Below are positions 9,772 to 20,000 of a stretch of 20,000 bases of DNA, in pieces. The translations under genes and the position numbers were made by a program. The notes beneath the pieces were generated by a model, which saw only the letters and a list, made by a program, of their open reading frames with translations, did no database searches and was not told the origin of the DNA. The first letter of the stretch is position 1, and every line of letters starts with the position of its first letter. The stretch is from Atractiella rhizophila (lineage: Eukaryota), in NCBI GenBank assembly GCA_021432655.1, contig MU271412.1:50068-70067 (forward strand), given 5' to 3'.

Positions 9772-10376
9772 TCATGTGTTTTGGTCAAAGACACTTGCTC
9801 CGATGGTTCTTTCCGGTTCAGGGATCAACCTGATCTTGGACACTCTTCTTTCATCATCCAGGTCGTAATGAGCCCATATCATCGTTGTTGAGCTCGTAAT
9901 CTGGCCGGAAAGAAGTATCGAAGGACTCTGCTGTTTGCGAGACAGCTCAACCTCCACTTCAGCGGCGAGAGTTCGCCCGCCAGGATGGTAACCAAGCCAC
10001 TGTTGGTACGTTCGTCATCTCGCATCGCGGGAACTTTCTACCAAATACGAAATAAGAGCTTACCCTGATTCTACGAATTTGCCTATCCCAGGTTCGGCGG
10101 AATCTTTGCATAGTGACGATGAGCACGTCGACGCTGGAGAGTGTCGGTTGTCCTGGTTGACTGAAAGCGAGATTTCGAGCCCAGAACCTCTGCTGCCGTG
10201 TCAACGGAACGGCCGAAATACTACCCAACGAACGAAAAACTCACAGTCCTCAGGAGTTCCCAATCTTCGCGATTGAGCGCAGCGACGTATTCGTCAAAGT
10301 CACTTGCGGACTGGATACCCACAGCAGGGGCGACAGGCTGGTGGAGCAGATGTGCCAGGGAATGAGGAAGTGACAT
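9772..10376 (-). CDS. SnoaL-like / NTF2-fold protein (paralogue B), 161 aa, 3 exons
   Basis: Exons 10376-10245, 10189-10064 and 9999-9772; GTGAGT and GTAAGC donors, phase 0. Protein: MSLPHSLAHLLHQPVAPAVGIQSASDFDEYVAALNREDWELLRT|RFWARNL...TWDRQIRRIR|WLGYHPGGRTLAAEVEVEL...IWAHYDLDDERRVSKIRLIP... It aligns with paralogue A. Confidence 0.8.
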
Positions 10377-11183
10377 GGTGTCGAAAGCAAACGGCGAAAA
10401 TTACGGCCGTTGACCCTCAAACTGCATTTTTAAAGCGTGGAAGTTCAGATTGGGCACAACTCAGAACGTGTTGGTGCTCTAATCACGATGACGAGAAGGT
10501 GTTGTCCTTTGACCACTGTTTCTTGGTCTCGTGAGCTCTCCGCCTGTACTTGATCGCTGCTTACACCTGCTCGCCATATTTCCCATCGTCATGCGTATGG
10601 ATTGCGTGAAACTTACCATGTCCAGTGACTATTCGAGCAATATCTTTGCGACAAGAGATGAGCAGCGTCCAATAGTCCCTACTCGCCCGGGTGAATATCG
10701 CAAGATCTCATCTTGATCGGAAGTCCTTGTCATGTTGTCGGCGAGCTCCCTTTGCAATAACAACTGCTATTGACGAACGAGAAGACGACGAAGATGCAAG
10801 TTTTCGGAGCAGTCGATTTTTTTTTTGGCTCTACTGCTCCCATGGGTCGACTGGTGTTTGAGGGGCAGTGAATAGCCTCAACTTTCTTAAAACAGCTACT
10901 GTATTTGGGTTATCGCTAGGAGTAAACTTGAATTTCGAGGCCCATACATCCTGCTCCTTAAAATTTACGCGAAGGTTGATGTTTGTAGCGTCGGTCGATT
11001 AATATCATGCTCAGGAAGATAAACAAGTCGTCTCTTGGTGAGAGAGATTGACAGGTCGGCCAGTTCGGGTGAGTTTAGGGGGAAACGGATCGATTAACCA
11101 AAGCTACAAATCGATTATTCGACACGGGTCTAACATAACATGTTCTTCTTACTTCGCTCCGAACTACCAGGTCGACAGCACGC

Positions 11184-13884
11184 TTAATCGACCCGGATCC
11201 TCGAGCTGTTCACAAGGGAGATCAGGAAAGCCTTGTACGAACGAAGGGGAAACGTAGACGCACTAAATTTTGGTAAGGAAGAAATAGGTGGCCAAGAACC
11301 CGATCGTTCCGGTGACCATGAAGTCGAGCAGGGAGATGAGGATGAGATAGCCAATGTAAAGGAATTTGCTCGCGAAACCTTCCAGGCTGAGTCTCGTTGC
11401 CCAATACACCAGTCCGTACCTGTCCACGCCGCAACAGAACGTCAGCATGTTGCTCGCGGTCGCAAGTAAGGAGGAACAGGAACGAACCCAAAGAGCCAGA
11501 AAGCGCTGCCTCCACCAGTGACGAAAGCCCTCCAATGCCACCTATACTCCTCCCCACACAGGTGGAAGTAACACATCAAGATCGTGACGGTGGCGGTAGT
11601 TAGAGCGACGACGAAGAAGGTGAGGGCGAGGAAACCAAAGGCATAGTAAGCTTTGGAGCCAAAGAGGGAGGAGAGAACGAAGAAGAGCTCGAGGAAGGCG
11701 GCTGCCCCAGGGATGTTAAGTATGAGTGACAAAGGGGATAAAAGTTATCAGGACGCACCGCCGAAGGGGAGTATGCCTGCTAACAAAGCTGAGGGGATGG
11801 GTTTGAGGTACCAGATCAGAGGAGGAATTTGCCTCGGAATTTGGTTGACTCGTGTAGGGTGGGAGATGGGCTGCAACATCAGAGACGAGGACAGTGTTAA
11901 TCCGAAGTGTAACCAAACTGCCAAAGTGGAAAGTGAGCGTACCCCTTTTCGGATGCCGTATATGGATCCAATGACGGTGAGGGGGACGTTGATGAGGAAC
12001 CACAGCGCGATGATGGCGATGAAAGTGCCTTCAGAGCAACATCAGCTCCACTCCTCACAATGCGGCAGGGGACCTACCGAACGGTACGGCACCGGAGCTT
12101 CCACTGGCAATCAAGACGAAATTGAGGGCATTAAGGGCAGCAAATAAGATCCTGAGCGTACAACAGGCCGTCAGATCGAGCTAGATGGAGGAGGATAGAG
12201 AAGAGACGCACGTAGGGAAGAGCAAGGAAGTCCACAAGATGTTTTGCCTGATCTTCTCGCCTCCGAGGGTCAGATAGGTTCGGGAGGAAAAGTATCCTGC
12301 AACAGCGCCGAAGAAAGTGTAGCAGACGATCATCACCGTCGATAGTGAACCGCGGTTGGAGGGTGAGAGGAAGCCGAGCAGAGCGAAAACTGTTGGGCCA
12401 TCAGCCTTGTCCAGGTTGTTTCGGGGATTAGGGGACGAACAAAGTGTTACTCCCGACATAGCTGTCAACTGTGCTCCACTCCCAATGGTTATAGAAAGTA
12501 ACATAGGATGGTCTGGCCTCCTGAACACTTCTCCATGTACAAGTTTCCATCCGAAGTCTTCCTGCACGTCCTCCTGCATCCGCGCACGTCAAGCGTCAAA
12601 AGCGGAATCAACAATGGGAGAGAAGGCGCGGGGTGACATACGGTCAAGTCAAAGGCGTTGTACCTAGAGATATCTCGATGGACGGTCCTCAAGAGAATCA
12701 TGCCGACCATGACACAGAGGAAGACGGCGATGACGATGGAGTTTATGAGCGAGAAGAAGTGGATCTTTGGGTCGAAGATGTGGAGATAGTTGTCCCATCT
12801 GGTTGCCCAAGGCGTTGCGCTTTCCTGTGCCCCACCAAATGGTACGGCAGTCAGTCCATCGATCTTTGGCTTAAGACGGGTGACGCAGTCGGGGTAAAAG
12901 AGTAGGAAGGAGGGGTCTCACCGCCCAATAAACGCTGTAAGTGATCCCATACTCTTGCACCGAAAACGCATTGTTGTTTGTCTGATCCAAACTGAAGGGT
13001 TCCGTCAGGTCACAATTAGCGGTGGGAGCTCCATGGGGCATGGAATTGACGGAACGAGGGTAGACGAGAACGCCCACGACTCGTCGTTTACCGTCTGGGC
13101 GTACGTGGTACCTTTTCGTTGTACAATTCAGTTCAACCGTTTTTGTATGGAAAAGCTAATAGGGGAAGAGGGGAGGGACGGACTGGAGGTAGATGTCATA
13201 GTGGTTGTTGTACCACGGATTGGGACCGTCTGTGTTCGTGCCCAGCTCGAACCCGGTGGAATAGAAGACTTCCTGTGTCTTTTCTTCTCTCTTCATCTGC
13301 GCGGCGGGGAGGCCATCGACTAGCCTGTTTCAAATGCTCGTCAATGGGACGAAGATGGAGAGGGAAACAAGGTGCAAACGACGAACCAATTAACCGCATA
13401 GCCCTCCCTAATTCGATCATTGATAAATTTTGCGTCCTTCCAATTGATCCTCTGCAAACATAAGGGCTTGCACGTCTCGTTCTTCCCCATCTTTATCTGA
13501 AAAGGGGAGCTCTCTATTCTGTCTCCAAAGAGGATGCTCCCCAACGATTCCGATTGCTTCTTCGGGCCGTTCTTGGGTCGACAGAAGTGTAGCTTGGGAT
13601 CGTAGTAGTCGTAGGAGAGCACGGAGCGGATGGAGGAGTCGCTGTTGATTAGGGGAGTAAGGGAATTGACCTGTTCCAACCTCAAGTCAGTATGTACCTC
13701 ACCTGAACATGCAATGATAGGCATCCAACTTCGTGGGGACTATACATGTTCAGGAGAAACATACGTAGAGTGGGACGAGGTCTCCCTCGTCATAGTCGTG
13801 GGGTGCAGCACCTGGAAGATAAAAAGCGTTGACGAGCGTCGAGAACGTCGCCAGGGCCGCGACTGGAGTCCACAACCGGACCAT
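11184..13884 (-). CDS. EMP70: Transmembrane 9 superfamily / endomembrane protein 70 (nonaspanin, TM9SF2/4-like), 13 exons
   Basis: Signal peptide MVRLWTPVAALATFSTLVNA followed by FYLPGAAPHDY. Motifs: ESLGSILFGDRI, NWLVDGLP, NNHYDI, WATRWDNYL, IHFFSLINS, EDFGWKLVHGEVFR, GFLSPSNRGSL, RVNQIPRQIP, GILPFG, EEYRWHWRAF and the C-terminus KIYSRIRVD*. All 12 introns are GT-AG and the frame is intact. Confidence 0.96.
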
Positions 13885-14247
13885 ATTTTTTGGGTACTCT
13901 TCTCAGACTTGGTGATTTCTGAGCGTGGTTGGGTTGGGGGTAGCTGCTGGAGTGCGAAAGGGTCAAGGACAAGTGCGGTCGTGGCGTTGTAGTTGGCACT
14001 GCTGAGCTGGGCAGCAATAAGGTTGAATTTGCCATTTCAGTGGCAAGAAGGCCGAAAGGGCGAACTATGCTACTCGGTAGTGGACAGAGATTGGGATTGA
14101 GATTCGTGGGTTATGGGTTATGGAGTCGACAGAGACGTATATTACATCTTGAATCCTATATGTTCTTGTACCAGCTTGCACTCACTCTAACCAACACTTA
14201 CTACATCAACAGTGCTTTATCGATATTTTGTCCGGAATTTCTCTACG

Positions 14248-15500
14248 CTATATCTTTGCCTCTTGAATCAGCCTTTTCTTTTCCTCTCCCAACGCTTCCT
14301 TAACCTAACACCGATGAGCCGCTTATTCCTCAAAGAGAACTTAGAAACCCCACCTCAACTCGCTCCTTCTCTTCCTCCCATCTCGGTCTCTGCACCAACC
14401 ATTGAATCAATCCAAGGCAGCAAAAGGAGCAGAAGAGGTATGAGAAGACGGACCGGAGTCTCGAACCACCTCCCCGTCGACCCCCAGCCGATACCTCCAA
14501 GTCGAGCGACTGGAAGGAGCTTGGCTATATCCACACCCCTCTTTCCACCATCTACGAGGAGGTCGAACGGATATGAAACTTCTTCACGCGTAAGAACGCG
14601 GCGGTGGCCGTGCACTTTCCCTCTTCGTTGACGATTTCGTGTTTCGAATCTGTCCCAATCGCGCAATCACATCGATAAACAAAAGGCGAACATAAGCCAG
14701 TTTGGGGGAGGTAGTAGGGATGGAAGATGGATGGAAGCGGAGGCTTACCATATACACATTCCATCCAGAATGCACTCTCGGCCACACCAGGAGCCTTCAC
14801 CATCTCGCTCGGTGCAGGAGTCAAACCGGACAATTTCCATTCCGAGACGTCAGGAGGAGCATCGATCGATGTGTAATTCGCAGCCTCGACGAAGGGAAGG
14901 GAGATTATGGATACCGTGCATTCTCTCGAGTGGAGGAGGTTGGCAAGCGTGTGTTTCTGGGACGTTCGGACTGTACCACGTCCATGCCATTCGACATTTA
15001 ATGAATGTGCCAGGGATAGACAAAGGAGACGAACTAAGTATCATTTTTGGCCGTCGTGGTAAAAGACACGACGAGAGTAGGCGGGTCGAAACCGACAACA
15101 TTAAAAACTTTAGCCAACTATTAAATAATGCTTCGAAGAGGAAGAAGGCTAGATGGGAGATCGCACAAGACATCGGCGCCAGGTTCTCCCTCCCTCCCTC
15201 CCCAACGGTGGAACAAAACGCAATCGGCCGTGGTACGACGCCTCCAATCAACAGTCGATACGCTAAGCTCCTTTCCTCCGAGCCGGATCGCATGTCGAAT
15301 ACCTGGCGCCATCGCGAAGCCGGAATCAGGACAGGATTCATGATGCGAGGCATGTCTGTGGAAGGAGAGTCGGGACTAACCTTGTAGGGGGCTCGGTTTG
15401 TAGCTGAGAAAGCTCGCCATTCTTCGCTCGTGGAGGAGGAAGCGGACGAGAGACCTTGTCCCGGTTTCCAGTTCGGATCTGGTGCTGTGTGAATCGTCAA
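14248..15500 (-). pseudogene. Flavin-reductase-like FMN-binding protein (flavoprotein oxygenase, DIM6/NTAB family), apparently disrupted
   Basis: Motifs: PDPNWKPGQG, YRLLIGGVVPRPIAFCST, NLAPMSFFNVVGFDPP, KHTLANL, ECTVSIIS, EAANYTSIDAPPDVSEWKLSGLTPAPS, VAESAFWMEC, LLPVARLGGIGW; probable end ...EAKI* at 14248. Defects: a frameshift at 14565-14566, a phase mismatch across intron 14971-15034, and no ATG found for the first exon. The family call is strong; pseudogene status is moderate. Confidence 0.72.
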
Positions 15501-17130
15501 TCTTTGCGCTTTGAAAACTGAAGTACCAACGGAACAGAGATGATTCGATTAGACTACTCCGATTCGTTGCAGTCACAGTATATATTTGGCTGTGTAATAG
15601 AGTTGAATGTAGATACAGCTACTACATACAACACAAGTATTGAAACTCCGACGAGTATTACTGAAGCTCTGTCGATGAGCAATCGGTGATAATTTGAATA
15701 GGGCGGTTTAGGTCTCCTAACCGATGTTCCACAGATTCTACTAGGAAAAGCACCTTTTTCACGGTTTTAAGTCTCGAACATAATTGTTTTCTCTGGAATT
15801 GCCAAACAATTTTGTAGACTAGGCGCGACATGTCCCAAATACAAATATGTTTGGAAATGCAGTCGAATATTCAGAAGACATGAAACGAAGGCTCACTTTT
15901 GCTGCCTACCACTTTGAACCCTCCTTCCCCTATCTGAGGAGCATGAAAATCCGGTCTGTGTGCCTCCATCTCTTTGAAAGGACGCCTGCGTGGTGTCACA
16001 GAAAGGTGTATATACTTCTTCGCTATCGAAGACCACGGAAGGGGCTTAGAAAGCGGGAAGAGCGTTCGGTGAGGAAGGTGGAGAGCCACGACGTTCGTTC
16101 GAAGTTCTATAGAGACTACTTAAATTGTTTGAAGGGCCTTCCGGTGCGATTTGGATACCGTTGACCATAGATGACGGGAAGTAAGTTTGTGGCGGTCGGA
16201 AAAAACCTGAATGCGCCCCAATGTGCGAAAGTAGCCATGAAAGGCTCGTCCATCTTGCCTCATGATATCTGGTATTTGGAAAGGACTGTAGAGCGTTGCA
16301 AAACTATGCATACCAGTCTGAAGCAGATTGGCCATTATCAGCGAGAAAAATAGGCACAGACAAGGACAGGTGTTTTCTGTCCCCTCCTCTGAGCCTCCAA
16401 GCTGGATACTTCTACCAGAGAATCGTTGAAATACCTCGCATTGACACTGTGAGAGTTATCGCTGGACAGATTTTAGCCCGATGGTTTTTGGCTGTCAAGC
16501 ACAGCGCACCGCTTGGTTTCAATGATCAAGACTTGGATACTCATGAACGCTCACAGTTCACCTCTTCACTGTTCTCATGTATCTCTAATTTGGAGACCAA
16601 CAAAGCGGCGCATCATTTCATTAACTGTCAATGCTACGCCAACATTTATCATTCCACGTGCCTGCTAGAATGGCCTGGCAAAGCAAACAATATGGCAGAT
16701 GCTCAGATTCAACTTCCCAAAGTCTCTCACCATGTCGTACTGAGAGCGAACTATTCGGAGCCACCTTCTTTATTGCATCCGCAGGCAACGCTCCACTCAC
16801 TCCACTCGCCCATTCTTTCAAAGATCTTTCTGCTCACCATGCATCCGAGCCTGTGGCCGGTGCCGTCCTCCTGGCTGGAATTAATTCTCAAAGTCCAACG
16901 TCGGCATCGTATTCCTGTCTTCTTCATAGTATTACAATACATCTCACCTAATTGGCGTTTGGTCCCGAACCAACGCCTTTCGTCGGTAGAAGAACAGGCA
17001 GCTACGGGTGGAGCTCATTCCGACTTCGGCGCACGCCCCTGTCCCACCTTATGAGTTTACTCGGTTCATTCAGCCTCGCATGGATCTTTTACGGCATCTA
17101 CTATATTTCTGAGAGATTTGGGATGGCAGG

Positions 17131-17137
17131 ATATAAG
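17131..17137 (+). promoter_or_regulatory. Putative TATA box of the aldo-keto reductase gene
   Basis: ATATAAG about 85 nt upstream of ATG 17217. Confidence 0.4.
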
Positions 17138-17216
17138 AAGACGTGGTTTCTCCCTTTTACTTGCAAGCAGCGACAGCATCCACCCCCTAAGCATTGTCGA
17201 GTACTCCTAGTTCAAA

Positions 17217-18827
17217 ATGGAAAGCACGAATAAGATGAAGTATGTCACTGTCGGGAAGTCCGGTTTGAAAGTTAGCAAGGTGTGTCTCCTTTCCTTTTGC
17301 CCTTCTCTGTATTGACGGTTTCCGCAGATTGTGTTGGGATGTATGACTTATGGAACCAAAGCCTGTGCGCCGCCCCGATTCTCCTCTTGTTTTACCGTCC
17401 ACGGTCATCGACAGAAGATTACTGATTACTTCAACAAATAGGGGGCGACTGGGTCCTGCCGGAAGAAGAGGGAATAAAGCACATCAAGGAAGCATACAGG
17501 TTGGGCATCAACACTTTCGACACGGCTAACAGTCCGTCCAGTCTCCGTCCTCTTCACTTTTGACTAACGCGAACGGTGTTATCTAGCCTATTCGAATGGC
17601 GAATCTGAAGTTATTCTCGGCAAGGCTATCAAGGAGCTGAACGTCCCCCGAGAAAAGGTCGTGATCATGACGAAAACCTGGTTTGCGGTTGGAGACACTC
17701 CAGACTTTCAAACGTGGCTTCATACTTTCGACGAACTGGATGCGTTAGGATATGCGAAGTATGTCGCGTCCTCTGTATTTACGGCGGTGCCTGATTTCCA
17801 TCGGAAGCCGATACGGAGCGTCGAGGAATAACATCATCAATTCTGTGAAAGCCTCGCTCGAGAGGCTGCAAACCGACTATATCGATCTGCTTCAGAGTAT
17901 GATTCCTCTCAATTGTAAATCGGGTTCTGATGCGTTGATGATGTAAAGTCCACAGATTTGACCCTTTCACTCCAATCTCTGAAACGATGCAAGCGCTCCA
18001 TTTTGTGGTACAGCAAGGTGCGTGCAATTCAACTTCTGCTCCTGTTGTGTAATAGCTAAGAGAGCGTGATGATAGGATGGGTGAGATACATCGGCATGTC
18101 ATCATGTTATGCCTACCAATTTCACGCCATGCAAAACTACGCTCGTCTGTCTCTTGCTCCTCATCTTGTGGACATACAAACTGAGGCAATACGATGTCTG
18201 GCAGTGAACAACAACCTTACGCCGTTCATTAGCATGCAAAATCAGTATTCGGCTCTGTACAGAGAGGAAGAGAGGGAGATGCTGCCGTTGCTCGACATGC
18301 TTGGAGTTGGAGCAATTCCTTGGTGTTCTTTAGGTGCGATCCTCCTACTAGAAAAGCGCAGGCATTGATATTTCTCGGAATCGAATCAGGTCGGGGCCTC
18401 CTCACACGCCCTTACAAAGCTCAGAGTGATAGACAAAGCGGAGATTGTGAATTGTTGCCCTATCGGTCCATTCTCCATCTGATTTTGTTCTATTGGAATA
18501 GTCTATGTCACTCACCTGGAGGAACAATACGGTGGCGCGGCTGGTCAAGCCATTATTTCGGCTGTACAAGCCATCGCAGAAGAACGCAAAGTTTCAATGT
18601 CTGTGGTCGCGCTAGCATGGATCATGGGGAAGAAAGGTGTGGCAGCTCCATTAGTAGGTGTCACGAAGGTGAAATACTTGGAAGACCTGGTCGGTGCTGT
18701 GGATTTCGTGTTGACGAAGGAGGAGGTGGAAAGGTACGCTGTTTCCTTCTTTTGTTGTTGTAAGGCTTATGAGCGCCGCAGAATCGAAGGGCCTTATAGG
18801 CCGTTGAAAATTGAAGGTCACGCTTGA
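17217..18827 (+). CDS. Aldo-keto reductase, aryl-alcohol-dehydrogenase/YajO-like, 11 exons
   Basis: Spliced protein MESTNKMKYVTVGKSGLKVSK|IVLGCMTYG...GINTFDTANTYSNGESEVILGKAI...VIMTK...SLERLQTDYIDLLQIHRFD...VRYIGMSSCYAYQF...FISMQNQYS.LYREEEREM...IPWCSLGRGLLTRP...YRPLKIEGHA*. The catalytic tetrad D, Y, K, H is present and all ten introns are GT-AG in phase. ATG 17235 is an alternative start. Confidence 0.95.
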
Positions 18828-18908
18828 ATAGGGCTTTGATGAAAATGTAGTCTAGACAAAAACACTGTTTCAGTATTCTCTATAGTTCATAGCTTTTTCT
18901 CCATGTCT

Positions 18909-19607
18909 TTATAGTTTGATGGCCAAAACCTCATTTAACATCTCCCTCTCAGCCTCCCAAGCAGCGGCCCAATCTCTTTTCTTACACTTCAGCTCATATC
19001 CCCTCTGTGGTCCCGTAGCAATGGCTTTCTCCAATCCTCGGTATTTGCGACAAATGACGGAATCTTGACTGCTTGAACAATCCCATCAGATATTTGCTGT
19101 AATTGCAAACGTTAAAGAAGAGGATAAACGCACGGTCGTAAACGGAGGACAGGGCAATAATCATTCGCTCCATCGCCGACATAGAGAATTTTGCTCCACC
19201 GATCCACACCGCCATACTCTTCCAGATAGCGCGTCAATTCTTCCCCTGCGCGATGGTGATCAGCCTTTACCAACAGAGCTGTGAGATAGTCTTACCTTTG
19301 CACATATTGGCTGAGCATCCAACTCGACACTCGTGCTGCACTCCTTTAGGATCAACGCGTCTATGGACATTCAGGAGGTCGCCTTCGAAATCTGCTGGGT
19401 TTGTGATGATTCGCTCAAAAAGACCATCAAGCTTGTGATGCTAGGGCAATCACAAGTTACTCAGTAGGCTTTGAAGAGAGAGAGGATCGGACGAACGCGA
19501 AGGATCACGTCAATGAAAACGCTGTTGGCGTTTGAGAGACAGAGGAATTGCACTTTTGGTGACGAGCTGGATTGAAGTTTGAGGACAGCGCGGTGCATGG
19601 CCGGATG
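18909..19607 (-). CDS. PHOSPHO1/2-like HAD phosphatase (pyridoxal-phosphate/phosphoethanolamine phosphatase family); last four exons only, 5' part not in the window
   Basis: Exons 19607-19497, 19440-19296, 19245-19134 and 19068-18909 give HPAMHRAV...FLCLSNANSVFIDVILR|HHKLDGLFERIITNPADF...CRVGCSANMCK|GEEL...ILYVGDGANDYCPVLRLRP|QDSVICRKYRGLEK...DWAAAWE...AIKL*. HAD motifs II-IV are seen; motif I is not. This frame is not in the ORF track. Confidence 0.9.
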
Positions 19608-20000
19608 CTGTCACTTTCATCAGGTTCGCGCAAGTAGTGATACGAAAAGGCTGCTTATCAGCCGGAAAGGAAATAATGTGCAATGGATCGACCATGCTAA
19701 CCAGGCGGAACCTCATCATTAACATCCTCGGGTCAAAACGACTGAGCCCCGCCATAGTCTGCCTCATGGAACATTCTAACACTATAGATTCACCGAATAG
19801 AGCAGTAGGCATGAAGACAATGGATTAAGGCAAAGAAATCTGCATGAGTCCAGACCTAATACCAAGCTAACCTCCAGCATCCTCTCCAGGCATATGGGAT
19901 AGCCTAGGAGGCGAGGAGATTACTGCGTCAAGCAATTTGCCGACAAGAACGCAATTCTATGTTCCCTGGAACTCACGTTCTGTCTGCGCTTAATGGCACC

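Noticed and set aside
13671..13702. Recursive or nested splicing at the internal CAG|GTGAG of TM9SF intron 1
   Set aside because: The second piece would be only 32 nt, shorter than any intron I could support in this window.
11233..13992. Multiple plus-strand ORFs such as 11653-12147 and 12955-13323
   Set aside because: Antisense shadows of the TM9SF exons.
14731..15387. 218-aa plus-strand ORF
   Set aside because: Antisense shadow of the flavin-reductase-like gene.
15871..16089. IGEGGFKVV resembling a kinase glycine-rich loop
   Set aside because: No other kinase motifs (VAIK, HRD, DFG) nearby, and the frame ends about a dozen codons later.
16296..17054. 252-codon plus-strand ORF
   Set aside because: TTG start, no recognisable domain and no convincing exon structure in an intron-dense genome. 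An orphan gene cannot be excluded without RNA-seq.
1..20000. CRISPR arrays, tRNA/rRNA genes, transposases, LTRs or terminal inverted repeats
   Set aside because: None recognisable. The only long repeat is the two-copy 96-bp duplication, which has no spacer.

Overview
Eukaryotic DNA from an intron-rich fungus, probably a basidiomycete (inferred from mostly 45-70 nt introns with GTACGC/GTGCGT/GTTCGT/GTCCGT donors). The supplied ORF track is mostly exon fragments and antisense shadows, so gene models were spliced by hand. Genes in order: alpha/beta-fold epoxide hydrolase with a PTS1 (+, 1713-3654), carrying a perfect 96-bp tandem duplication of a splice acceptor plus exon; a small secreted prepro-peptide gene whose 44-aa model is absent from the ORF track (-, 4060-4241, possibly extending to 3687); DUF427 protein (+); GT8 glycosyltransferase with two GC-AG introns (+); two diverged tandem SnoaL/NTF2-like paralogues with identical intron positions (-); TM9SF/EMP70 nonaspanin (-); a frameshifted flavin-reductase-like gene, probably a pseudogene (-); an aryl-alcohol-dehydrogenase-type aldo-keto reductase (+); and the 3' part of a PHOSPHO1/2-like HAD phosphatase (-). 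No rRNA, tRNA, CRISPR or recognisable transposase was seen. Family assignments come from recognising motifs by eye, not from database searches.
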